Source: a virus. Taken from it: 64,000 bases of DNA. Shown piece after piece: positions 17,260 to 27,678 of the stretch (positions within the stretch are counted from its first letter, which is position 1; each line of letters begins with the position of its first letter). The stretch is from IMG/VR virus record IMGVR_UViG_3300046115_000180; one strand, given 5' to 3'. Below the pieces are notes generated by a model that saw nothing but the letters and a program-made list of their open reading frames with translations, did no database searches and was not told the DNA's origin. The position numbers were made by a program, and so were the translations under genes.

Positions 17260-19264
17260 TGCTATCTCCTTCTCCTAAACTCAGCGTCGGCGGAATGGTT
17301 TGCTGCAACTCCACCTCGGCCTGTCGCACCGCACAGCACATCGCAACACGATCCGCGGCCTCTTGCGAGACGATGCTCTCCCCGAAACCGACTCCGGTTG
17401 CGATGAAGCCAGACTGCGTCACCGTCGCGGTCTGATTCGAGGTGAACCTCCGGGGGCAATCTGTAAATCCCGCAAGCATTTCCTGGATATCTTCTGCGCG
17501 CACGCCCGCGCCGTCGAATCGAATTGCGTTAAATCGAGTTTCGTCGATACACGCATCCGGATCTCCAGAATTTTGTTCCGGTTCTTCGAGACCATACACC
17601 CGAATCCATCGGATCGTCGCCGGGCCATGGCCTACAATGAGCAATTGAAAACTTTCGTCGATTCCTTCCGTTCGCGGAGATTCCGGCGGGCACGACCCCG
17701 TCTCGTCGGAAATCGACTGTTGATTTGCGTCCTCCGTCCGTTCTTCCCGCGATTGGGCCTTGAGCGCAAACATTTTTGTAGTAGCGCAAATTTCCTGATC
17801 GTGTATCACACTACCGCACTCTGCGTAAATCCGCTTCGCCAGAAGGTGTTTATACGCACCCCGAATTCCGCCGGCATAGAATACCGCCAGATCGAGCGCT
17901 TCTTCGATGCCCGTCAGCGCAATATCGGAGAAGCATTTTCGAAACTTGGCCGCGGGCGCCCGCTTGGCGACTTGGCTCGTTTGACCAAAATATCCCCTCG
18001 TCTCAACAGCCCACGTAATCGGACACCCGTTATCGAGCCGCTCCGGAAGAAAAGCTTCCCAGAGCCGATTCTGACAATCTTCATCAGCAGAAACGTGATA
18101 AATTCGTTCTTCACCAGCGATGTGCCCGTAGACCCATTCCACAGGACGTGTTCCGAGCCAATACCCCATCCACGACGGGCCGGAGTCATCTTGGAGCGTC
18201 TCAAGGCTGCAATCGTTGAGTGCCCACGTGTGCTTGTTCTTCTGATCTGCCGCCGGCACGCTCATCAGCAGATACTGACCGAACGCGGCCCCGGCAACGA
18301 GACTCAGATCAGGACCGAGCAGCGTTTTCGAAGTCATCATTTCGTTATCCCGCAGCGGCATGCGCGCGGAGATCTTGCTGGCGATGGCGGCGTCGAGCCG
18401 GACGATTCCCGTAGATGAAAACCACGTAAGATTCCCGAAGTGCGACACAATAGAACGCTGGGACGATGCGCCGACTTTGAAAACCTGTTTTTGAAAATCG
18501 TCAGTCGTTGGCCAGCGCGCCCGCTCACGAATATTGGCTTGAAGCACAGAGCCCGCGAGTTCAGTGAACACGATTAGTTGGGGCTGATCCTGGCTCGGCG
18601 TTGCCGACATCGCCGTTACGTCGGAGTCAAAGAAGAAAGCCGTCTGACCGCCGAGGTATATTTCCTCACGGAACGAAAACGGGTTCCCGATATCGCTGGC
18701 GAAGACCTTGTCATTCTGCGCTACCCACAGCCGGTCGCCAGTCCAGACCATTGCGCTACCCGCCGGAGTTTCAAAGGGGTTGCCGCGGATGTGGCCGCTC
18801 TGGCTGCCATCATACCACGCCGGGGCCGTTAGCCCTCCGTCCTGGATAAACAGCACGTTGCGCGGCGGAATCACTTCAATTGCCGAGACGAAGTCCGTCG
18901 AGAGCCGGCGCGCAGACTGGGTCGTCAGCGCCCAAAACATTTGCTTCGCGTGCGGCGACATCTGGACATTCGGAAGAAAGCGAAAATCTGAGAACGGATA
19001 GTCCGCGACATAGATTACCCCGTCGATGGCGACGACGATCTGCTCCAACCCAACCTTGGGACGAAACAAGGTAGCGCCCTGAAGACTCCCCTCCGGAAAC
19101 TTGATGATACACCGGTATCCGGGGCGGCACGAAAGAATGCCGCCGATGTTGATCAAGTTGATCCCGTTGAAGAAATACCCAAGCGGAAGCTGACCCGGGT
19201 CGCTATCCGACTTTGCTCCGCGGAAGAACGTTCCGTCGTAGTCTATGGAGTGAGCCGTTGGCAC
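17243..19264 (-). CDS. large structural protein (673 aa; tail/nozzle-type position)
   Basis: Long ORF with a GTG start 2 nt after the upstream TAA, inside GTTTAAACGTG. The function is inferred from position only. Confidence 0.5.
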   Translation of the reverse strand: MPTAHSIDYDGTFFRGAKSDSDPGQLPLGYFFNGINLINIGGILSCRPGYRCIIKFPEGSLQGATLFRPKVGLEQIVVAIDGVIYVADYPFSDFRFLPNVQMSPHAKQMFWALTTQSARRLSTDFVSAIEVIPPRNVLFIQDGGLTAPAWYDGSQSGHIRGNPFETPAGSAMVWTGDRLWVAQNDKVFASDIGNPFSFREEIYLGGQTAFFFDSDVTAMSATPSQDQPQLIVFTELAGSVLQANIRERARWPTTDDFQKQVFKVGASSQRSIVSHFGNLTWFSSTGIVRLDAAIASKISARMPLRDNEMMTSKTLLGPDLSLVAGAAFGQYLLMSVPAADQKNKHTWALNDCSLETLQDDSGPSWMGYWLGTRPVEWVYGHIAGEERIYHVSADEDCQNRLWEAFLPERLDNGCPITWAVETRGYFGQTSQVAKRAPAAKFRKCFSDIALTGIEEALDLAVFYAGGIRGAYKHLLAKRIYAECGSVIHDQEICATTKMFALKAQSREERTEDANQQSISDETGSCPPESPRTEGIDESFQLLIVGHGPATIRWIRVYGLEEPEQNSGDPDACIDETRFNAIRFDGAGVRAEDIQEMLAGFTDCPRRFTSNQTATVTQSGFIATGVGFGESIVSQEAADRVAMCCAVRQAEVELQQTIPPTLSLGEGDSSEFCP

Positions 19265-19266
19265 GT

Positions 19267-20229
19267 TTAAACGATATCGTCACCTTTATCCCGAAGCGAG
19301 GATGAACGATCAACCACTTGCAATGGGTTGAGGGTCGTCGTCGGCTCGGCTTTGTCTTGCGCCTCTATTTCCATGCGCGCGGCGTCTGCTTCCGCAGCAT
19401 GTGCTTCGGCAAATTTAAATTCGTTGTAATGCTTCGTCGCCGTAAGCGCAATCAGCAACGCGATCCGGCTTTTCAGCGGCACGTGGTCGTATCGACTGTG
19501 GAAAATCGGCGTTGTCTTTCTATACGCAATCCGAACCCACGGCGCGCACCGGTTAATTTTAATTCTTCGATACTGCGGCAGCGTTTCGTCGGGCTCATAA
19601 AAGCCGAGCGTAACCCCCGTTGAGCCCGAGTCGTCGAGGGTCGAAAGCCGAACCGTGCCTACGGTCCTCGACTTGAAAATGCCGGTAATCCGGGCGATCA
19701 GCGGCGCGCCTTGCTCGGAGACCGCCATTCCGTAAATCGTCGGCACCCGATACCCATTTTTCCATTCGCCGGCCACTTCATGGCGCAGCACATTGCCCGC
19801 GCTGTCGTAGCCAAAGACTGTAAGCTCGGCGCCGTTGTCATCTTCGGTCTGAAGATACACTACGAGTTTCGCCGGCCGAGCGAGATCCCGATAAGTCGAA
19901 TGCCATTGTCCCTGGTCCTGCCAGGAAAAATCACAGGAACAACCGCCGCCGTCGCCGGGACCATTGAGGTGAAAATTGAAAAGGGTGCCGAACCCAAGCG
20001 CTGGCTTTCCGCAGATGTTAACCGAAATGACGGTCTCGACTTCGCGCGGAAGCGTTATGCACTTGCCGTCGCCAGTGGTGCAGATATCGAGCCAGCCCTT
20101 CCACCCCTCAAAGTCGCCCTTGTTGACAATGAGAGACACCGCGTCGCCGAGCCAACGAAAAAACTTGAGGTCATCGCAGGCGCCAAGAATTTTCTTGCCG
20201 TCGTCAAGGACATCGATTACGCGGAACAT
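19267..20229 (-). CDS. structural protein (320 aa)
   Basis: ORF coupled to its neighbours (TAATATG). No motif was recognised. Confidence 0.5.
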   Translation of the reverse strand: MFRVIDVLDDGKKILGACDDLKFFRWLGDAVSLIVNKGDFEGWKGWLDICTTGDGKCITLPREVETVISVNICGKPALGFGTLFNFHLNGPGDGGGCSCDFSWQDQGQWHSTYRDLARPAKLVVYLQTEDDNGAELTVFGYDSAGNVLRHEVAGEWKNGYRVPTIYGMAVSEQGAPLIARITGIFKSRTVGTVRLSTLDDSGSTGVTLGFYEPDETLPQYRRIKINRCAPWVRIAYRKTTPIFHSRYDHVPLKSRIALLIALTATKHYNEFKFAEAHAAEADAARMEIEAQDKAEPTTTLNPLQVVDRSSSLRDKGDDIV

Positions 20230-20230
20230 A

Positions 20231-20575
20231 TTAGTAGCTCGATTTTCCCTTGGCGCCGCGTTTTTCCGTCAACAGCTTCGCCAGCCGGTCCAGTTCGTCT
20301 CCCGTCCGCGGTTCGTCGCGGTCATCCTTATCCGGATACAATTCGACGATCTTCTTGATCTCCAGGGTGCACGAATAGTTTTTGCTGCCGTCCTCCCGCT
20401 CGTTCATCGAACTGGAAACCTTCTTGAATCGGACCGTCATTTCGCCCTCGTGCGGGAAGTCGATCTCTTCATCGCCGTCGATGTGCAGCGTCGGATACCG
20501 TTTTTCATCGCGCTTCGGCGATTCGGGCATCATTTCGCCCCATTCTTGACCTAAAGAAATGTTAACTTTTGGCAT
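20231..20575 (-). CDS. hypothetical acidic protein (114 aa)
   Basis: ORF preceded by CACACTGTTTGATATATG in an intergenic spacer. Confidence 0.5.
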   Translation of the reverse strand: MPKVNISLGQEWGEMMPESPKRDEKRYPTLHIDGDEEIDFPHEGEMTVRFKKVSSSMNEREDGSKNYSCTLEIKKIVELYPDKDDRDEPRTGDELDRLAKLLTEKRGAKGKSSY

Positions 20576-20593
20576 ATATCAAACAGTGTGAGT

Positions 20594-21277
20594 TTAAGAC
20601 AACCGAGCGACGGCGATGTCGCACAATTCGGCGGCAAATGACGCACGGTCCCAGGCGAAATTAACGGCATTGAGAACCCCATCCGCTTCGGAAACGGCAA
20701 GAGACCCGCCGGTCGTGAACGTGTGAGTCGAAAAAGGCGAGGGAGTCGACTCCTCCATCCTCGACAAAAACTGAGCCCTCGACACGTCGATGACCGATAT
20801 CGGACCGGGCCAGAATGCCGAAAACGCAAAGTTCGGGGAGCCCTTCTCGATATCGGCGAACAGCATCATTCTGTCCGGGACATTGTCAGCCGCGCGCGCG
20901 GGAATCCCCATCGCCGCCCCCGACAAAGATGTTCCCGTAGTTAGAGTGCTACCGACCTTTTTTGCCGCCACAAGATCGATGGACCCGTAATGAGACCCCG
21001 CGGCGTAGCCCCACGTTGCGGTGTTGGTGATGAGTCCGACCCAATGAGTCACAGACGCATCGCCCATGATGTTCGTCGTTCCGCTACACAATCCGATAGC
21101 AAATCGCGGTGTGCCGGAAGGCGCGGAACCGAGGTCTCGAAAATGGAATCGAATACCGACGCGGATTTTTGTCCAACTCGTGCCGATACTCAGCGTCCGA
21201 GCGAAAGCGGAGTTCTCCATCGCAATCGCTTTTTCAGTGGCGGCACTTATAGTGCGCGCAATAATTACAGATGCCAT
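20594..21277 (-). CDS. hypothetical structural protein (227 aa)
   Basis: ORF in the structural block. No motif was recognised. Confidence 0.5.
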   Translation of the reverse strand: MASVIIARTISAATEKAIAMENSAFARTLSIGTSWTKIRVGIRFHFRDLGSAPSGTPRFAIGLCSGTTNIMGDASVTHWVGLITNTATWGYAAGSHYGSIDLVAAKKVGSTLTTGTSLSGAAMGIPARAADNVPDRMMLFADIEKGSPNFAFSAFWPGPISVIDVSRAQFLSRMEESTPSPFSTHTFTTGGSLAVSEADGVLNAVNFAWDRASFAAELCDIAVARLS

Positions 21278-21281
21278 AAAA

Positions 21282-21692
21282 TCAAAAATTGTGGTTCACG
21301 TAAGCCGAGACCCAACCGATCCCGCCGTTCAGCCCGTCCAGCGCGGCAGTATCCGTATACGATTCCATATCGTCCTCACCCTTGCGACCCGTATATACCT
21401 CGTGATCCTGATACGCAGCAGAAAATCCAAACCCGCCGTTGAGTCCTTGCAACGGGTCGGAATTTGAATAATCGTCCATTTCATCGAGCGCTTGCAACCC
21501 CATGAAAAGATTTCGGTCTACATAAACCGAAGTCCACTCGATAACGAAAATATTGTTGCCGTCTTCGCCGCCATCGAGTCCATTCAGCACTTCTGCGTCA
21601 TTGTAATCTTCAAAATCGTCGTTAGGTATGTTCGCGAACTGCCCCGACGATTGGCGCAGAAACGCAAGATCTAATAGTGAAAGACTTCTCAT
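21282..21692 (-). CDS. acidic repeat protein with three D-x-Y...GLNGG units
   Basis: Three similar units: [54 protein letters not shown]. Confidence 0.5.
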   Translation of the reverse strand: MRSLSLLDLAFLRQSSGQFANIPNDDFEDYNDAEVLNGLDGGEDGNNIFVIEWTSVYVDRNLFMGLQALDEMDDYSNSDPLQGLNGGFGFSAAYQDHEVYTGRKGEDDMESYTDTAALDGLNGGIGWVSAYVNHNF

Positions 21693-22288
21693 GGTTCCGC
21701 CGAATACGCCGCCACGATATCGGTATCAGCAGAACCAAAACACGTAACCGACAGAATCGCGATTTTATTCGCCGCAAGACTGGCCGGCGGGGCGGCTCCC
21801 ACAAACTTCCACGCCGGAAAGGTCAACGTGCGCGTAGAACCATCGCCGATGATGCGGATCGACAGCGCTTTCGGCGCCCCCCGATTTGAGGTCGTGAAAG
21901 TAACATTCCCCGCTAGGGTTAATGAGCGGTAATCATCCGCGTCAAAATTCAGATCCGTAGTGGCCGAATAGGCTAAAACGGAGTGTGGAAAACTCCCCTC
22001 GGGTCCGGTTGGGCCTTGCGGTCCAGCCGCACCGGTGGCGCCCGTCGCACCTGTGGCACCCGTCGCACCTGTGGCGCCCGTAGCACCGTTAGCACCGTTA
22101 GCACCGTCAGCACCGTCAGCACCGTCAGCACCGTCAGCACCATCGGCCCCCGGGATACCCGCTGGTCCGGATAGATTTTCTCTCGGCACTCGGCGCAATC
22201 GCTTCGTCCCTGGCGATATCTCGACATGAGTTAAAACATCCCCTTCGACGGGAGTTTCTGTCCACAACGGAATTTCAGAAATTTTCAT
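21689..22288 (-). CDS. collagen-like tail fibre protein
   Basis: Long Gly-X-Y run [13 protein letters not shown]...GATGATG...[10 protein letters not shown]. The C-terminal ~90 aa are paralogous to the C-terminus of 42205..42732. Confidence 0.8.
   Translation of the reverse strand: MKISEIPLWTETPVEGDVLTHVEISPGTKRLRRVPRENLSGPAGIPGADGADGADGADGADGANGANGATGATGATGATGATGATGAAGPQGPTGPEGSFPHSVLAYSATTDLNFDADDYRSLTLAGNVTFTTSNRGAPKALSIRIIGDGSTRTLTFPAWKFVGAAPPASLAANKIAILSVTCFGSADTDIVAAYSAEP
21995..22168 (-). repeat. 9-nt tandem repeats encoding the collagen Gly-X-Y run
   Basis: Runs of agcaccgtc / agcaccgtt / ggcacccgt units are visible on the plus strand. Confidence 0.85.
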
Positions 22289-22527
22289 ATCTCGTCAATG
22301 CAAATGAGTTCCCCGTTGTCTTCCGTTAGCGGAACAACATTTCCCGGAACTTCTTCATCTTCCAAAATGATAAAGCATTCGGCGGGAAGAGTCCCAGGCG
22401 GATTTCGAACCGTCAGCACATAGGCCGGAGAACCCACGGTCTTCGTCCCACCAATCGGCGGGCAACACAGGCTCACGCCGTTATCACCCGTCACTTTCGG
22501 AGTAAACGTGCCTCGTTTACAACTCAT
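22285..22527 (-). CDS. hypothetical protein (80 aa)
   Basis: ATGA overlaps at both ends. Confidence 0.5.
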   Translation of the reverse strand: MSCKRGTFTPKVTGDNGVSLCCPPIGGTKTVGSPAYVLTVRNPPGTLPAECFIILEDEEVPGNVVPLTEDNGELICIDEI

Positions 22528-23543
22528 TCAATCCTCACAAATGTTAACGTGGTTGCGTTCGCGACGACAGCGATCTTGTCGGAAGTCGTCGCCTTGCCAA
22601 AAAGCGCTACGGTTTGATTTGGGGCGGTAGTTTCCGCAATCGAGTTGAGGATGACTTGCTTTTCCTCACCTACGATGATGTTTGAAATCCCCTTCTCCGA
22701 GCCCGTCACATCGACAGGAGTCCCGGAGGTATTTCGAAGTTTCAAGGTTACCTTATCCGTTGCCGCCACCGTCGCAAGACCGATAACGCCGACCACTGCC
22801 GTAATCAAATAGCTCCCCTCTGCGGGTAACAACACCTCGGGAACAGAGGACGTGAAGTCTACCGCGGCATACGCAACTTGCGTATCATAATTGGTTCCTG
22901 AGGGAACAGAAAATGATCCGTTCGTCGCAGTGAAGGACGCACCAGGACTTCCGGTCGCGCCGGGCGGTCCTTGAATCCCTTGCTCCCCCTGGATACTGGC
23001 ACCCGGGAATCCCGACGGAACGACCAACTTACCCGCGGTAATCACCGCTGGCGCCCCCGCGACGGCTTTCACCATCGTGAGGAAAAGCACCCCGGAAGGG
23101 TCCGCCTCATTGACCAGATACCACCCCGACGTGGCGATGAAAACATAGAGATCGTCGAGGATCGCGGGATTCGCCGACGTGGCAACTTGGACGTTGGGTT
23201 GCTCCAACGACGGCTGCACAAAGCTCGCAAGCGTGACAGTATACGCATTGCGTCCTGCTGCACCGTTGGTGCCGGGATTCCCCTGCGGCCCAGTCAGCCC
23301 CACAATCCCATCTGAAAAGAGCCGCAGGAAATAGCACGCGAGACCCTCACCCTCGGCGCGCGGATTGTTTTCCAACCCCACGTCAAGATCGCACGGAAGC
23401 GACCACGTTACCGCGCCGTCGACTTCTGTCTTGATGACGGCACCAAAAAATTGAGTGGTGAAATTCTGAATTTGAGACGGCAGCGATTCGCACGCCGCGG
23501 TGTTCGTCTCCGAGACCGTGTTACATGGATTGCAACAAGACAT
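22524..23543 (-). CDS. collagen-like fibre protein with two short Gly-X-Y segments
   Basis: GLTGPQGNPGTNGAAG and GEQGIQGPPGATGSPG are each followed by a beta-rich domain. The ATG (MSCCNPC) lies 1 nt after the upstream TAA. Confidence 0.65.
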   Translation of the reverse strand: MSCCNPCNTVSETNTAACESLPSQIQNFTTQFFGAVIKTEVDGAVTWSLPCDLDVGLENNPRAEGEGLACYFLRLFSDGIVGLTGPQGNPGTNGAAGRNAYTVTLASFVQPSLEQPNVQVATSANPAILDDLYVFIATSGWYLVNEADPSGVLFLTMVKAVAGAPAVITAGKLVVPSGFPGASIQGEQGIQGPPGATGSPGASFTATNGSFSVPSGTNYDTQVAYAAVDFTSSVPEVLLPAEGSYLITAVVGVIGLATVAATDKVTLKLRNTSGTPVDVTGSEKGISNIIVGEEKQVILNSIAETTAPNQTVALFGKATTSDKIAVVANATTLTFVRIE

Positions 23544-23544
23544 A

Positions 23545-24069
23545 TTACATCTTCTCCCGCAAAAGTTTTGCCTCAGCCCGAGCCGATCCGTGCCGATGGC
23601 TGAACCAATAGAGCGCCACCGCGCCGATCCCGACACATAAAATTAACAGTTCATTCCCCACTACAACAGTGGGCAAAATCGTAAGACCGAGCCCGGCGAT
23701 CATCGCCACGGCAGAAGTTGTCGCGCTTCCCACAATCGCCTTGAGCGGGGGCCAGACGAGCGAAGCAGCACCGAGGACAAAAAGTCCGATGCCAATAAAC
23801 ATAACCGGTCGCAGGGCAGAAAGCTTCGCAGCCGTTTCCGCCAAGATATTTTTCTGCGCGGCGCCGATCTTCGTAGTCCACGTGATCCTCGTGCCGTCCG
23901 GCCGGAGTTCTACATACTCTCCTGTGCTGGCGTCTTTCGGGTTATCCGGCTGGCCAACCCCGCCAGAAAAGCCTGGAGAGGCAAACCCGGCCCACCCGCC
24001 GCGAGTCGCAGTTTGGCAGGCTGAAAGCAGTAACAACATCGGCAACAGGATCGGCAACAGTTTATTCAT
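23545..24069 (-). CDS. lipoprotein with C-terminal transmembrane segments (u-spanin-like architecture)
   Basis: MNKLLPILLPMLLLLSAC has a lipobox. Several hydrophobic helices occupy the C-terminal half. Confidence 0.45.
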   Translation of the reverse strand: MNKLLPILLPMLLLLSACQTATRGGWAGFASPGFSGGVGQPDNPKDASTGEYVELRPDGTRITWTTKIGAAQKNILAETAAKLSALRPVMFIGIGLFVLGAASLVWPPLKAIVGSATTSAVAMIAGLGLTILPTVVVGNELLILCVGIGAVALYWFSHRHGSARAEAKLLREKM

Positions 24070-24265
24070 CGTCGGAGACTTTGGCCGCTTTCCGCGCCGC
24101 GCGGATCTTGTAGACTATGAGGATAACCGTCGCAACGGCGACGGCAATCTGGCTGAGGGTGAGGACAGATGCCAGATACGGTTCGACGGCGATAACCGCG
24201 GACTTGATTCCCTGGAGTAATACATTCAAACTGACCCATCCCAAAATCGCATTATCACTTTTCAT
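24062..24265 (-). CDS. small two-helix membrane protein (holin-like)
   Basis: 67 aa with two hydrophobic stretches and a charged C-terminus (KIRAARKAAKVSDDE). Confidence 0.4.
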   Translation of the reverse strand: MKSDNAILGWVSLNVLLQGIKSAVIAVEPYLASVLTLSQIAVAVATVILIVYKIRAARKAAKVSDDE

Positions 24266-24274
24266 AAGTCAGAA

Positions 24275-24300
24275 GGGGCAGGCAGTTTCCCGCCCGCCCC
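24275..24300 (-). terminator. GC-rich hairpin downstream of capsid gene
   Basis: GGGGCAGGC / GCCCGCCCC stem (one mismatch) with an 8-nt loop. It is followed on the minus strand by TTCTGACTT. Confidence 0.4.
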
Positions 24301-24335
24301 TCGTTCACCTTACCCCGATGAATTAAACCGGGCGC

Positions 24336-25661
24336 TTAGTTATCGCATTGGTCACCGCAAACCGGGTCCGCGCACTCGACCACGTCGCAGCACACGCCCA
24401 CGTTAGTGAAGCTGTCTGCGCCGGAGAAGGCCAGCGAATCCGTGTCCGCGCAATCAACCAGACCCAAATCGGCCGGGCAGCGCTTATACAGAATTGGAAT
24501 GATGTGCTGCGGGCGCATCGGACAATATGCACGAGTAATCTGATACTTGTGCCAGCCGAAATCACCCCACTGATTGCACTTGTTGTCGATCTGGTAGTGC
24601 CAGTCGAGTTCGCCGGCATGAAGCTGCGGCGCAAACCGGAAGCTGCCTTCGCCAACATAGCGCTCGGGCACCTGACGTTCAAACGAACCCTCGGCAATCA
24701 GGACGCCGACTTCGTATTCGGCAGCCAGCCATGCAGGATTCACTTTCGCGTAAGCCGTATTTCGGCACGCGTTCGAGATGATCGTCACCGGGTCGACAAG
24801 CGCAAGCGTGCCGTCGGCATTGAAGCCAGTAGCGCGCAAAGGCCGCTGATCCACGCCGAACGCAAGGCCGCGATACGCGGGGCTGGACTCGAATGAATAC
24901 GCGGTCAGCGTATTCTCGCCGAGTTTGTAGCCACCTTCCGTAAGGCAACACATGACGTTTTGGACACCGATTTCCGAGCGAAAATACTCGATTTGGTCGG
25001 AGCCGCCGATGAAGCGGAAATGGGGCATTCCTTTGTCGGCCGAATACCACTCACCGAAAAGCACCTCTTTGAGATACCGGGCAATGTAGTGCAGAGCCTT
25101 GAAGGTCATGGGTCCAGTCGGCAACAGCGGCGCAAACTTCACGCCCAGGTCGCACTCGGAGCCGCCTGTAAACAGCGAATTGAAGTCGTAGCCGGCGTTC
25201 GCCGTGAACTTCGAAGCCGACCGCAGATACAACTGCGCACGAATGTCCGCGTTGATATACTGCGTAATCAGCTTCTTGAGAGAATCTTCGGCCATCGTGT
25301 AGCTGCCCTTGAAGGCGGAATAGCCTTTCTTGACGCAGATATTCGGACCGCGACCGCGAAACGATTCGAGTCGACAGTTCAGTTCGATGGTATCGGTCAA
25401 ATCCTGGTGACCCAGGCTGCCGCAGAGTTCGGTATCGCACACAAACTGCGGAATGGCGAGAGAATCGCCGGGCGCAGCCTGCATCTGGACCACGCTCCGG
25501 TGGTTGTCTGAAACACCAGCCGGAAATACACCGCCGCCGATGACGTTAATGTAGGGGGAGTGTGCAGCAAGCGCACGGGCAATACTGCCTACAATACGGT
25601 TACTGTCTTTTGATGCGATGTCAGATATTGTATCTGCATCACACTCGTTAAAATCTGGCAT
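24336..25661 (-). CDS. putative major capsid protein
   Basis: 441 aa, the first large gene after the scaffold in the head module. It has a long A-rich leader upstream and a hairpin downstream. No motif-level proof. Confidence 0.55.
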   Translation of the reverse strand: MPDFNECDADTISDIASKDSNRIVGSIARALAAHSPYINVIGGGVFPAGVSDNHRSVVQMQAAPGDSLAIPQFVCDTELCGSLGHQDLTDTIELNCRLESFRGRGPNICVKKGYSAFKGSYTMAEDSLKKLITQYINADIRAQLYLRSASKFTANAGYDFNSLFTGGSECDLGVKFAPLLPTGPMTFKALHYIARYLKEVLFGEWYSADKGMPHFRFIGGSDQIEYFRSEIGVQNVMCCLTEGGYKLGENTLTAYSFESSPAYRGLAFGVDQRPLRATGFNADGTLALVDPVTIISNACRNTAYAKVNPAWLAAEYEVGVLIAEGSFERQVPERYVGEGSFRFAPQLHAGELDWHYQIDNKCNQWGDFGWHKYQITRAYCPMRPQHIIPILYKRCPADLGLVDCADTDSLAFSGADSFTNVGVCCDVVECADPVCGDQCDN

Positions 25662-25819
25662 ATGGCCTTTTTTTTTCTAAACAGCGCGGTTTTCCGTGCG
25701 CTTACCCGGTTGCAGAAATTTACCCCTGCAAGGTAGTTTGTTCAGACTCGCTGTGGGCCATCCAGCGTTAAGGCCGCTTCCCGGGGTGCCGGCCAGGAGA
25801 ATTAGGCACCGTCAATCAA
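25662..25819 (-). promoter_or_regulatory. 158-nt structured leader / regulatory region upstream of capsid gene
   Basis: Small hairpins are present (GGTGCC..GGCACC, TTGCAG..CTGCAA, AGCGC..GCGCT). A CGCGCTGTTT variant motif and an A9 tract precede the ATG. Confidence 0.35.
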
Positions 25820-26776
25820 TCAGTGCTCGGCCGCGAGATCCGCGTCAACCATCATGCGGACCAATTCAACAAATTTCGTCTTCGGCTCCCAGCCAAGTTG
25901 CCGCTTGGCCTTCGAGGCGTCGCCGATCAGCAAGTCGACTTCCGTCGGACGAAAAAGCCGGGGGTCGTTACGAACGTAGTTTTCCCAGTTAAGCCCCACA
26001 TAGCCAAAGGCTTCGTCAAGAAACTCGCGAACGGTATGAGTCTCGCCGGTAGCGATAACGTAATCATCAGGAGTCTCCTGTTGGAGCATCCGCCACATGG
26101 CGTCGACGAACTCTCCGGCGAATCCCCAATCTCGTTTTGCGTCAATATTCCCAAGAAACAAATGGTTCTGTTTCTTCTTCAAAATGTTCGCGACAGCGCG
26201 CGTGATCTTGCGCGTCACGAAAGTTTCACCACGCCGCGGGGACTCGTGGTTAAACAAAACTCCATTGCTGGCGTGTATGTCATGCGCCTCGCGATAGTTA
26301 GTGGTAAACCAGAAAGAGAACACCTTTGCGCAACCATACGGACTTCGAGGATAAAAAGGCGTCGTTTCGCGTTGCGGAACTTCCTGAACCTTACCGAACA
26401 TTTCTGACGACGCGGCATTATAAAATCTAGGTTTGCACCCCACCGCACGAATTGCTTCGAGCAGCCGAACGGTGCCGAGGGCCCCCACATCAGCGGTGTA
26501 TTCTGGGGCATCGAAAGAAACGCGCACGTGCGACTGCGCGCCCAGGTTGTAAACTTCCGTCGGTTCGATCTTCGACATTAGCCGCGCAAGCGCACTGCCA
26601 TCACTCAGATCGCCGTAATGGATATGCAGCCGGTCGAAAATATGGTCGATGCGCCCGGTGTTGATCGAGCTAGACCGACGGATGATCCCATGGACTTCGT
26701 AGCCCTTTTCCAAAAGGAGTTCTGCGAGATAGCTGCCGTCTTGACCCGACACGCCAGTAATGAGTGCTTTTTTCAT
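25820..26776 (-). CDS. gmd: GDP-mannose 4,6-dehydratase
   Basis: Near full-length resemblance to bacterial Gmd: [79 protein letters not shown]. Confidence 0.95.
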   Translation of the reverse strand: MKKALITGVSGQDGSYLAELLLEKGYEVHGIIRRSSSINTGRIDHIFDRLHIHYGDLSDGSALARLMSKIEPTEVYNLGAQSHVRVSFDAPEYTADVGALGTVRLLEAIRAVGCKPRFYNAASSEMFGKVQEVPQRETTPFYPRSPYGCAKVFSFWFTTNYREAHDIHASNGVLFNHESPRRGETFVTRKITRAVANILKKKQNHLFLGNIDAKRDWGFAGEFVDAMWRMLQQETPDDYVIATGETHTVREFLDEAFGYVGLNWENYVRNDPRLFRPTEVDLLIGDASKAKRQLGWEPKTKFVELVRMMVDADLAAEH

Positions 26777-27678
26777 TGTTTTATCAAACTGTCCCAACAC
26801 GCGCGATACGTCCTCTCCAAACCAGTCCGAATCGGCGTCATGGGTTCCCAATTCATCAACTCACGAATGAGTGTATTGTCGCTACACTTGTGTTGACGGC
26901 CAGTCGACGCCGCCGAATTGTAAAACCGAGTCAGCTTCACGGCAGCGATATCTTCAAGCAATCCCACCAATTCGTTAATCGAGACACACCGAGCGTTCGC
27001 CATGTTAACCGGACCCGTCACGCCATCAAAAACCATTTTCGAGGTGCCGTGCAGACAATCGTCGATGTAGAGAAAACTTCTCGTCTGATTACCATCTCCC
27101 CAGATCGTGATTTCGTGACGCCCGCTCAATTTAGCTTCCGCGACTTTTCGACACAGCGCAGCGATTACATGATCTCGCTCTTGTTCCCGAATATCTCCCG
27201 GGCCATACAGCCCGTGATATCGTGCGATGCTGACTGACAGCCGATATTGCTCTTGAAACGCAAGACAGGCCCGCTCGCTGAAAATTTTCTCCCAGCCATA
27301 ACCGGCAATTGGGTCGGCCGGATACGCATCTGACTCTTTGAGGTATTCGATCCCGTCTGGATACACGCACGAAGACGACGAGAAAAAATACCGAGCGGTA
27401 TCCTGCGACGCCGCCGCTTCCAACAGGTTGAGATTGATCCGCGCCGACATCATGCACGACGCCTTGTTACGGCTAATGAAATCGATGCCGCCGACCTTCG
27501 CCGCCAAATTAAAAACCCATCGCGCGCCGGCAATGGCGGCGCGACACTGCGCCGGGTCTTGAAGATCGTGCGTCTGGCGAGTCACGGCTCGAACCTCATG
27601 CCCGCGTTCCGCCAAATGCTGAACCAATCGCCGGCCAACGAAGCCCCCGGCGCCACAAACTACAATGAGATCAGACAT
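26773..27678 (-). CDS. NAD-dependent sugar epimerase/reductase (GDP-L-fucose synthase-like)
   Basis: Rossmann motif [13 protein letters not shown], a YGWEK (YxxxK) motif, and LYGPGD...HVIAALCRK resembling Fcl. ATGA-coupled to gmd. Confidence 0.7.
   Translation of the reverse strand: MSDLIVVCGAGGFVGRRLVQHLAERGHEVRAVTRQTHDLQDPAQCRAAIAGARWVFNLAAKVGGIDFISRNKASCMMSARINLNLLEAAASQDTARYFFSSSSCVYPDGIEYLKESDAYPADPIAGYGWEKIFSERACLAFQEQYRLSVSIARYHGLYGPGDIREQERDHVIAALCRKVAEAKLSGRHEITIWGDGNQTRSFLYIDDCLHGTSKMVFDGVTGPVNMANARCVSINELVGLLEDIAAVKLTRFYNSAASTGRQHKCSDNTLIRELMNWEPMTPIRTGLERTYRACWDSLIKQ

Noticed and set aside
21995-22168. Possible CRISPR array or other repeat array (also 53878..54152)
   Set aside because: The repeats are 9-nt and 12-nt in-frame tandem units with no spacers. 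They encode collagen Gly-X-Y and NAAA/YCAA peptides. No cas genes are nearby.
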